A DNA stretch of 64,000 bases from a virus: the IMG/VR virus record IMGVR_UViG_3300020469_003050, positions 1 through 64,000 of that record; one strand, written 5' to 3'. The notes beneath the pieces are model-generated. The model did no database searches. It had not been told where the DNA came from and saw nothing but the letters and a program-made list of their open reading frames with translations. This document shows, in pieces, positions 49,543 to 57,645 of the stretch (its first letter is position 1; each line of letters opens with the position of its first letter). A program made the translations under genes and the position numbers.

Positions 49543-49671
49543 ATGCAACATCCAAATAACATAAAATTTACTAAAAGTACTATCTTTGGCCTATTACTTA
49601 CAGGTCTTATGATTTCAGCGAATATATACTATTTCTTTAATCCAACTCTGAAAGTTACTGAATTCTTTTAA
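49543..49671 (+). CDS. 42-aa membrane peptide, not in the ORF track
   Basis: RBS TAGGAGG 5 nt before the ATG. Reads MQHPNNIKFTKSTIFGLLLTGLMISANIYYFFNPTLKVTEFF with one TM. A strong terminator follows. Confidence 0.5.
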   Translation: MQHPNNIKFTKSTIFGLLLTGLMISANIYYFFNPTLKVTEFF

Positions 49672-49703
49672 TAGCTTGTTTTGATTCCTTTCAAGCACAA
49701 CTT

Positions 49704-49730
49704 GGCCCACTCCGTGTGGGTCTTTTTTTT
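49704..49730 (+). terminator. rho-independent terminator
   Basis: GGCCCAC-tccg-GTGGGTC followed by T9. Confidence 0.8.
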
Positions 49731-49775
49731 AATTTAAAGATAAATACACATAGCAGTTAATTATAGGAACAAAAC

Positions 49776-50894
49776 ATGAGACTATACGACTTATTTGAGA
49801 ACGAAAATACTAATCTTGTTGTGATTTATCCAGGAAGATTTCACCCATTTCACATTGGGCACGGGAAAGTATTCAAGTATCTAAAGCAAAAATACAAAGG
49901 CGCACAGGTGTTTATAGCATCTTCTGATAAAACAGATAATCATAAGTCACCTTTTACATTCCAAGAGAAGAAAAAGATGATGCAATTAGCTGGAGTAGAC
50001 CCTAATTCTATCGTTCAGTGTAAAGTTCCTTATGTTGCTACAGAGATTACAGATAGATTTGACCCAGATAAAACAGTAATAGTTTATGCAGTATCAGAGA
50101 AAGATATGGCAGAAGACCCTAGATTTAACTTTCCAGACGTTGGTATGGCTCTATTAACTAGAGGTGCTAAGAAAGGTCAACCTGCTCACATGCAGAAATG
50201 GCCAGGTATGAAGAATGCAAAACCATTACGTGACCATTCATATATTACTACAGTTCCTACATTTAAGTTTACACTTAGAGGAAAAGCAATCAATAGTGCT
50301 ACACAAATTCGTGACATGATTGCTAAAGCAGACGAGTCACAATTAGAACAGATTTTACAAGATTTATATGGCAATCCTAATATTCCAAAAGACGTAATGC
50401 AGTTGTTTCAAAACAAATTACAAAGCGGTATTACAAGTGAAAATTGGGAAGAGCCATCATTATACGAAGCGATAATGGAAGCCCAACTTACACACGATGT
50501 TGAAGAAAAGATTACTAAGAGAACACCAATGGGTGATGTAGTAAAAGATTTCTACAAAAGTGATGCTCCCCAATTTAAGGGTAAGAGCAAAGCAAAACGT
50601 AGACAGATGGCTATAGCGGCCAAACTATCTAAAATGGATGAAAAGGAAGATGATGCAGATTTACTAAAAGGGTTCGACCCAAAAACTGCAAGAGCATTGG
50701 TTCATTTAAAAACTAAATATCCACAAGCAGACAATGTGTTATCAGCCTTACTAGCAGATGTAGAAAAGAACGAAAGAGACGGTGATAAGACCGACTTCAA
50801 ACACGAACAAGAATTATCAAAACTAACAAAAGCGATAGAAGTATTGCAAAAAGAAATAAAAGTTTTGAAAAACACACAAGGAAAAATAAAATGA
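49776..50894 (+). CDS. cytidylyltransferase-fold nucleotidyltransferase (NMNAT-like) with long K/E-rich C-terminal extension
   Basis: 372 aa. The (H/T)xGH motif is in VVIYPGRFHPFHIGHGKVF (compare NMNAT GRFQPFHxGH). A later SATQIR may be ISSTxxR-like. N-terminal leader is MRLYDLFENE. Confidence 0.6.
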   Translation: MRLYDLFENENTNLVVIYPGRFHPFHIGHGKVFKYLKQKYKGAQVFIASSDKTDNHKSPFTFQEKKKMMQLAGVDPNSIVQCKVPYVATEITDRFDPDKTVIVYAVSEKDMAEDPRFNFPDVGMALLTRGAKKGQPAHMQKWPGMKNAKPLRDHSYITTVPTFKFTLRGKAINSATQIRDMIAKADESQLEQILQDLYGNPNIPKDVMQLFQNKLQSGITSENWEEPSLYEAIMEAQLTHDVEEKITKRTPMGDVVKDFYKSDAPQFKGKSKAKRRQMAIAAKLSKMDEKEDDADLLKGFDPKTARALVHLKTKYPQADNVLSALLADVEKNERDGDKTDFKHEQELSKLTKAIEVLQKEIKVLKNTQGKIK

Positions 50895-52399
50895 GATTAG
50901 ATGAAGTAGAACAACCGATAACTAATGCTCAGTTAAATGCTTTAGAGAAAGCACTAGACAAATTATTCGCTAGTCTTAATATCGATGTAGAATTTACTAG
51001 GCATTTTATTGATAGAGCAAATGATGACCGTAATGGTAATCCAATTACAATGTCAGAATTAGTAAACATGTTTAGAAAAGAATACAGACGTTGGGGCAAA
51101 CCTATTGCACAAATGGGCCCTGATGCTGAGGCAGTAATGAAAGACTTAGAAAGCGATATCAATATTCCTTTTGTATTGAAGTGGGACAGAGACAACGAAG
51201 AATTAGACTTAGTTGCTAAAACTGTTATGCGTAAAAAGAATTTTAAAACATCTAATAAAGAATTTCCTGTAGAGTCTAAAACATATAATACTATGTCAAA
51301 TGTAGGCAAAGCAAAGTATGTTGTAAACTTTCATGATGGAGAGAAAACACATAAAGATGGTTCTCGTTTCTATGACATGAGTACTTTTAAGAATGCAAAA
51401 GACTTAGAAAGTTTTGAGAAACAATTAAAATCAAAAGGGTATGTAAAAGAAACAAAAGTAGAAGAAATGCCAATACCAAAATCTACAATGTACGGACTTG
51501 TTATTGATGGTGAGTATGTTGCTAAAGGCTCAAAAGAAAAAATGAGAAGTATGCAAAAACAAAAAGGTGGAACAGTTTATAATGCTCCTGGTAAAAAAGT
51601 GGGAGATAAAGAAGGTACTGTTAAAGAAGATGAAACACCTAAACCAATGAGAAGAATTTCTGATGAAGAAAAACTTGCAGTGTTCAATGAACTAAAAGCA
51701 GGTGATACTGTACATCTTTGGTATGACTCAGCATTTAAACGTGGTGAGAAGTATAAGCCATTTAAAATGGGTAGACGTACTAAGTCAGAGAAATATAATC
51801 TATCAAAATTTTCAATGCAACAAATCAGTGCAGAAGGTATTCCAGCAGGCGTTAAATTTTTCTTATACAAAAGAGGCGACAAAGTATCTCTAGCAATGGG
51901 TGATATGGCCGCTACTCTAGTTGATATGCAGACAGACTTAGGTGAATACAAAATCAGTAGCAATAAACCTCTATCTAGTTTAGGTGGTTATGGTAATAAG
52001 AAACTTGCTAAGAAACAACCAGCAGTAGGTGATGGTATGTCAGAAGATGAAGTTTCAGAAGATGATTTTTATTTAATCGTAGAATATGAAAAAGGTAAGC
52101 CTGTTAAACAATCTGATCCTTTAAGAGTATTAGATAACTTAGCCGCACGTAATGACAATATGCCTTTCCCAATTAAGTTTAAAGATGGTGGAGACATTAA
52201 AGTTACACCTGAACTTGCAAAAAGATTTACAATGGCGTATCATGATATAGCAAGACCAGAACAAAAAGAAATGATTAAACAATATCTAAGAACTAAAGAA
52301 GGTTTCATGAAAATTGTAAAACAAATGCAATTAAAAAAGCCTGACTTTGGCAAAAATGCAGGCGCAAATATGGCCAGCTTAGATAGAAATGTTGCATAA
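50891..52399 (+). CDS. hypothetical large K/E-rich protein
   Basis: 502 aa. ATGA overlap with the upstream gene. N-terminal leader is MRLDEVEQ. Confidence 0.7.
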   Translation: MRLDEVEQPITNAQLNALEKALDKLFASLNIDVEFTRHFIDRANDDRNGNPITMSELVNMFRKEYRRWGKPIAQMGPDAEAVMKDLESDINIPFVLKWDRDNEELDLVAKTVMRKKNFKTSNKEFPVESKTYNTMSNVGKAKYVVNFHDGEKTHKDGSRFYDMSTFKNAKDLESFEKQLKSKGYVKETKVEEMPIPKSTMYGLVIDGEYVAKGSKEKMRSMQKQKGGTVYNAPGKKVGDKEGTVKEDETPKPMRRISDEEKLAVFNELKAGDTVHLWYDSAFKRGEKYKPFKMGRRTKSEKYNLSKFSMQQISAEGIPAGVKFFLYKRGDKVSLAMGDMAATLVDMQTDLGEYKISSNKPLSSLGGYGNKKLAKKQPAVGDGMSEDEVSEDDFYLIVEYEKGKPVKQSDPLRVLDNLAARNDNMPFPIKFKDGGDIKVTPELAKRFTMAYHDIARPEQKEMIKQYLRTKEGFMKIVKQMQLKKPDFGKNAGANMASLDRNVA

Positions 52400-52414
52400 T
52401 TAGGATTGTTTTAA

Positions 52415-55400
52415 ATGCGATTGCACGAATTTAAAATAGAAAAGCCCAAACCAGAAGATACTATGGGTATCACTAGAGACAAAATGCCTCAAGTGAAATC
52501 TACAGATTATGATGCATATAAATCTTATCTTAAAAAGAATGGTGTCACATTAAGACCACAAGTAGTACATGCAAAAGATTTAAAACCAGTACAATCAGAA
52601 TTTTCAGACCAAGGCGTTGAAAGACAATTAAACAAGAATAGAGAAAATGATGGACAGAACCCAAAACCTCTACTAGCAAGTAGTGACGATTGGATTATAG
52701 ATGGTCATCATAGATGGTTAGCCGCTTTAAACTCAAATAGAAACGTAAGTATTTTACGTGCAAATGTTGATGTGCATGAACTTTTATCCTTGACTTTAAA
52801 ATTTCCTAGTGTATACTTCAAAGATATCTACACAGAAGAGGAAGAGTCAATGGACGTGATTCAAAAAGCAGAGAAGTTTGCACAAGAGGCACACAAAGAC
52901 CATCAGAGAAAGTACACTGGTGATCCTTATTATGTCCATTTAGATGAAGTTAGAAACATAGTAAAACAAGCAGGCGGTACTGTAGAACAACAAGCGGCCG
53001 CTTTATTACATGATACAGTTGAAGATACAAGTGTTACACCAGTAGATGTAACAAGAGAATTTGGTCCTAAGATTGCTAAACTAGTTGTTGAACTTACTGA
53101 TGTAAGTAAACCAGAAGACGGTAATAGAAAAACACGTAAAGCAATCGATAGAGATAAACTAGCAGGTGTTAGTGCAGAAGCACAAACAGTTAAGTATGCA
53201 GACTTGATAAGCAATGGCAGAGACATAGGTAAAAATGACCCTAAGTTTGCTAAAGTGTATCATGCTGAAAAGGCAGATTTGCTAAGAGTTATGACAAAGG
53301 GTAATCAGAATTTAAGAAAACAAGCTATCGCATTATTACCTGATGAATTAAAATCAGTAGTAGGTGAGGCGTTTGGCAGAGCAAACTTTAACAAGCAATT
53401 AAAAAGAAAAGGCATCGATGTAGATAAGATGCATTCAGATAATGTTAAAGATGCTGAGGCATCTAAGAAAAGAAGTAAAGATGCAGAAGATGATTTAAAA
53501 GCATTTAGAAAAAAGCATGGCATAAAAGAAGAAACACCTTTCGGTTTACTTTCTCGTAAGATGAGTCATGTAATTAATAAAAAAGCATATATGAATATGG
53601 CACAGATGATGCATAAGATACTTACAAGAAAGTATAAAGAAACTAATGGTAAGTTAAGACATTCACTTGCCTATTATGCACAAATGTTAGCAATGCAAAC
53701 AAACAACAAAATAAACTATCGTGAACTTGAAAAAGAATACCTTGATATGTTTGGTAACGCAATGTTTGAAAACTCAGTTAAAGAGTCTTTAAACGAAGAA
53801 GCACTAAATGTTAAATCTATTATTACTCCTGCTATTCGTAAACTAGATAAAGTATTTAAAAAGAATAAACACGAAGTAAGAATTGTTGGTGGTGCAGTAA
53901 GAGATATCGCATTAGGTAAAGAGCCAAAAGATATTGACTTTGCCACAGATGCTACACCAGATGAAATGATTGCTATGCTTGATAAAGAAGGCATAAGACA
54001 TATTCCTACAGGTATAGAACATGGTACAATAACTGCGGTTATTGATGGAGAAGATTTTGAAATAACAACTTTACGTGCAGATACAAATACAGATGGTAGA
54101 CATGCTGATGTAGAATTTGTACGTTCATGGGAAGAAGATGCTAAACGTAGAGATTTAACATATAACGCAATGTCAATGGACATGGACGGTACAGTACATG
54201 ATTACAATGGTGGTATGGACGATTTACAAGATAAAGTAAGTAGGTTCGTAGGGGATCCAGAAGAAAGAATTAAAGAAGATTATTTGCGTATCTTAAGATA
54301 CTTTAGATTTCAATCTAAGTTAGATAGTCCAAAGTGGGACGATACTACATTAAATGCAATCAAAGATAATGCAGACGGTATGACAGGTTTATCTGTTGAA
54401 AGAATTTGGCAAGAAATGGGCAAATTGTTAATGGGTTCAAGTGCCAAAGAAGCACTTGAGTGGATGAACAAGACAGGCGTATCAAGTAAGATTGGACTTG
54501 AAGGTATCAATCCAGCTAAACTAGGTGAGCCTACAGGACCTATTATTGCACTTGCAAGAATGCTAGACAGTAGTGGTATTGCAAGAGATTGGAAGATGAG
54601 CAATTACGATAGAGAAATGTTTGACTTCTTAATCAAGCACAAAGGTGAAAACATAAATTCAAAACAAGCACAAGATATGATTATCAATGGTGCATCACAA
54701 GACCATTTACTTGCATGGGCAAACATGCATGGTAAGAATGATGTATATGATGCAGTACACGGATTTGAACAACCAGACTTCCCAATCAATGGTAAAGACT
54801 TACTAGCAAGAGGTTATGTAGCTGGTCCTAATCTTGGTAAGATGATTGCTGATTTAAAAGATGAGTGGATGAAATCTAACTATAAACTAAGCAAAGAACA
54901 ACTACTAAGCAAAGTTCCAGTTAGAGAAAATGCACTATTCGAAGCGGTTGCTAGATTTATGACAGGACATGGTATTACTTACAAAGGTAAGAAGTATGAT
55001 GAAATGAATGTAGAAGTAGTAGGTGTTGATAATGAAAAGAGACAATATCAAGTAATGATATTTGATCCAGAAGAATTACGTGGTGTAAATGTTATGATGA
55101 GTGCAAGATTTATGCACAGAGGCCCATGGGTTAAGACAAAGATACCTGATTACATGGGAGCAATAGAAAAAGGTTTAGATAAAGATAAGACAGATGAATG
55201 GATAGTTCCTGTTGGACAAGCAATAGCACATGGCGCCAGAATGGCGGCACCTCATGTAGCGAAGTTTCTGAGAAATGACCCTGCACCTAAGATAGCAGGT
55301 GGAGTTACATCAACAGGTGCGGCATATAATTGGGCAAAAAATAAGTACGATAGTTTTAAGAATAAGAAAAGTACAAAGCCAACAACGACAACAGAAGCAG

Positions 55401-56065
55401 AGACATCTACACCAGATGTATATGTTGATATGGACGGTGTGTTAGTTGATTTCTTCAATGAATGGGCTAGACTAGTTGGCGTTAAGTCATACAGAGATAT
55501 ACCAAAGAAAGATATAGGCAAAGCATTAAAGAAGATTGTTAGTACTCCAAACTTCTGGGAAGACTTGCCAACATTAGCAGGTTACAAAGATTTGCTACAA
55601 ACAATTAAGGCTGTAAAAGGCAAATACAAAATATTGAGTTCCCCTCTAGCAAATGATCCTAACGTAGATCCTGGCAAAAGAGAGTGGGTGAGAAAACATT
55701 TAAACTTCTTTAAACCAGAGCAAGTTATCATTGACCATAATAAATCAAAATATGCAAAGAAACAAGACGGTAGTCCGAACTTGTTAATTGATGATTTTGG
55801 TAAGAATGTCGATGCATGGCAATCAGCTGGTGGTATCGCAATTAAACATCACACAACAACTACTGCAAATACAGTACAAGCAATTAAGAAAGTATTCAGT
55901 ATAAAAGATGTTAAAGAAGCGGCTGGCGTAGGTAGAGTTATACCTGGCATAAATACCACAGTTGACGTAGGTCCCAACGAAATTACTAAACAAGCTAAAA
56001 AGTTTGGTAATGATGTAGATAAAGATGGGAAACCTAAGAAGCTACTGCGTACAAAGAAAAAATGA
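52415..56065 (+). CDS. four-domain fusion: ParB-like nuclease domain / RelA-SpoT-type HD (p)ppGpp-hydrolase-like domain / class II CCA-adding tRNA nucleotidyltransferase / HAD 5'(3')-deoxyribonucleotidase-like domain
   Basis: 1216 aa. (1) aa about 50-135: LKPVQSEF...DDWIIDGHHRWLAAL. (2) aa about 145-300: AHKDHQRKYTGDPYYVHLDEV...AALLHDTVEDT...FGPKIAKLVVELTD. (3) aa about 470-835: IVGGAVRDIALGKEPKDIDFAT...GIEHGT...AKRRDLTYNAMS...EDYLRILRYFRF. (4) aa about 1000-1170: VYVDMDGVLVDFFNEW...LLIDDF. Confidence 0.85.
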   Translation: MRLHEFKIEKPKPEDTMGITRDKMPQVKSTDYDAYKSYLKKNGVTLRPQVVHAKDLKPVQSEFSDQGVERQLNKNRENDGQNPKPLLASSDDWIIDGHHRWLAALNSNRNVSILRANVDVHELLSLTLKFPSVYFKDIYTEEEESMDVIQKAEKFAQEAHKDHQRKYTGDPYYVHLDEVRNIVKQAGGTVEQQAAALLHDTVEDTSVTPVDVTREFGPKIAKLVVELTDVSKPEDGNRKTRKAIDRDKLAGVSAEAQTVKYADLISNGRDIGKNDPKFAKVYHAEKADLLRVMTKGNQNLRKQAIALLPDELKSVVGEAFGRANFNKQLKRKGIDVDKMHSDNVKDAEASKKRSKDAEDDLKAFRKKHGIKEETPFGLLSRKMSHVINKKAYMNMAQMMHKILTRKYKETNGKLRHSLAYYAQMLAMQTNNKINYRELEKEYLDMFGNAMFENSVKESLNEEALNVKSIITPAIRKLDKVFKKNKHEVRIVGGAVRDIALGKEPKDIDFATDATPDEMIAMLDKEGIRHIPTGIEHGTITAVIDGEDFEITTLRADTNTDGRHADVEFVRSWEEDAKRRDLTYNAMSMDMDGTVHDYNGGMDDLQDKVSRFVGDPEERIKEDYLRILRYFRFQSKLDSPKWDDTTLNAIKDNADGMTGLSVERIWQEMGKLLMGSSAKEALEWMNKTGVSSKIGLEGINPAKLGEPTGPIIALARMLDSSGIARDWKMSNYDREMFDFLIKHKGENINSKQAQDMIINGASQDHLLAWANMHGKNDVYDAVHGFEQPDFPINGKDLLARGYVAGPNLGKMIADLKDEWMKSNYKLSKEQLLSKVPVRENALFEAVARFMTGHGITYKGKKYDEMNVEVVGVDNEKRQYQVMIFDPEELRGVNVMMSARFMHRGPWVKTKIPDYMGAIEKGLDKDKTDEWIVPVGQAIAHGARMAAPHVAKFLRNDPAPKIAGGVTSTGAAYNWAKNKYDSFKNKKSTKPTTTTEAETSTPDVYVDMDGVLVDFFNEWARLVGVKSYRDIPKKDIGKALKKIVSTPNFWEDLPTLAGYKDLLQTIKAVKGKYKILSSPLANDPNVDPGKREWVRKHLNFFKPEQVIIDHNKSKYAKKQDGSPNLLIDDFGKNVDAWQSAGGIAIKHHTTTTANTVQAIKKVFSIKDVKEAAGVGRVIPGINTTVDVGPNEITKQAKKFGNDVDKDGKPKKLLRTKKK

Positions 56066-57384
56066 ATGAAATAAATCCAAATCTTCATAATTTATATAAT
56101 ACGATGTGTTTCAAAAACTGGAACGACATTATTATATCCTTACCTCAAAGAACTGTTAAGTGGTGTTGTAAAACTCAATACACTAACAAACAAATGGAAG
56201 AACTTACGTTTGATTACAATACACTTACAGAAGATTTCTTATTCAATCACCCTATACTTCAAAAAAGAAAGTACGACTTAAGTGGAGGTACACGTAGTCC
56301 TGATTGCGTAGGTTGTTGGCGAACAGAAGATGCTGGTGGCAGTAGTGTAAGAACTGAATATAATAAGAATTTTGATTATCGTTTAAAAAGACAATATCAA
56401 AAAGCAGGTAATCACCCTAATTTAGCAAAACAGTTCCATAGAGATATGATGGAACATGATAACTTTAAATTCATTGAAATAGAACTAACAAACAAATGTA
56501 ATATGGCATGTGTTTATTGTTGGGGAGGTTCTAGTACTCGTTGGCAGAAAGAATTAGGTCAAAGATTTCCAGATACAGATGATGCAATGTTTGATAAGAC
56601 ACTAGAGATATTAAACGGATATTGGGATAAGAAACTTGTAGGTCAAGGTCATGTTAATTTTAGTTTGCTAGGTGGTGAGCCATTCTTTACTGACCATATG
56701 TTTAGATTTATTGAAAACTTTATGATGAATATTAACGACACACATAGGGAAGGACAGATAGTAGTAATTACAGTTACAACTAATTTAAACTTTCCTAAAA
56801 AGAAATTTGATAAATTTATTGAACTAGTAAATCGAACACCAAATATACGTTATGAAATGCAACTATCGGGTGAAGCATTACATAGACAGAGTGAGTTAAT
56901 TAGGTGGGGATTAGACTTTGCTAAATGGGACGAGAATTTAGATTTATTCTTTGAGAAATCAAAAGAAATAGATAATTTAGTATTGGGATTTGGTTGTGCC
57001 CATAACAGTTTAAGTCTTCCTTATTTTAAAGACTTCTTAGTATATCTTAATGACAAGATAAACAAATATGATTATGATAAGACAATATTAATGCATCAAA
57101 ATTGGGTAGATAATCCAGAGCATTTAGCGATAGATTCATTAGAGCCTCATCATGCAGATACAGTACAAGAACAAATAGAGTATTTTAAGAATATGTCTGG
57201 TAATTTTTATAAGAAACAAAGATATATTGGATTAATGAATACAATGAAAGACTTAGTAGCGAGTGAAGTACCAGAAAAGACTAAGTTACTTGCTCAAAAA
57301 CAGTTTAAAATGCTAGAGGATAGAAGAAAAATCTCATATTCAGAGCATTTCCCTCACTTCAATGAACTAGTAAATTTAAAATAA
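56062..57384 (+). CDS. radical SAM enzyme with N-terminal Cys-rich module (paralog of 9335..10687)
   Basis: 440 aa. CxxxCxxC in ELTNKCNMACVYCWGGSSTRW. LLGGEPFF. N-terminal KWCCKT...SPDCVGCW. ATGA overlap with the fusion gene. Confidence 0.8.
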   Translation: MNEINPNLHNLYNTMCFKNWNDIIISLPQRTVKWCCKTQYTNKQMEELTFDYNTLTEDFLFNHPILQKRKYDLSGGTRSPDCVGCWRTEDAGGSSVRTEYNKNFDYRLKRQYQKAGNHPNLAKQFHRDMMEHDNFKFIEIELTNKCNMACVYCWGGSSTRWQKELGQRFPDTDDAMFDKTLEILNGYWDKKLVGQGHVNFSLLGGEPFFTDHMFRFIENFMMNINDTHREGQIVVITVTTNLNFPKKKFDKFIELVNRTPNIRYEMQLSGEALHRQSELIRWGLDFAKWDENLDLFFEKSKEIDNLVLGFGCAHNSLSLPYFKDFLVYLNDKINKYDYDKTILMHQNWVDNPEHLAIDSLEPHHADTVQEQIEYFKNMSGNFYKKQRYIGLMNTMKDLVASEVPEKTKLLAQKQFKMLEDRRKISYSEHFPHFNELVNLK

Positions 57385-57408
57385 TTAATTAATTTGATAA
57401 ATAGTATT

Positions 57409-57645
57409 ATGAAAATAAACGAATTATTAGGTGAAAATTTTAGTGGTAGTTTCGCTAGTGTGGCATTTCCAATGACACCGGGAACGAAGGCTAAAGATGC
57501 CAGAAAGGCAGTAGATCCTTTTGGGTATCTAACACCTAAGAATAAAAAGAAACAAGAGAACTATAAGATGGGTTTTTCTGCCGATGTAGGTAACTTAGTT
57601 TATAATAAGCCTGTCAAGAGTCCAATGATTAAGAGAGCAAAATAA
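57409..57645 (+). CDS. small hypothetical protein
   Basis: ORF track start 57394 is TTG. The first ATG is 57409 (MKINELLGENF). Stop overlaps the next start (TAATG). Confidence 0.5.
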   Translation: MKINELLGENFSGSFASVAFPMTPGTKAKDARKAVDPFGYLTPKNKKKQENYKMGFSADVGNLVYNKPVKSPMIKRAK

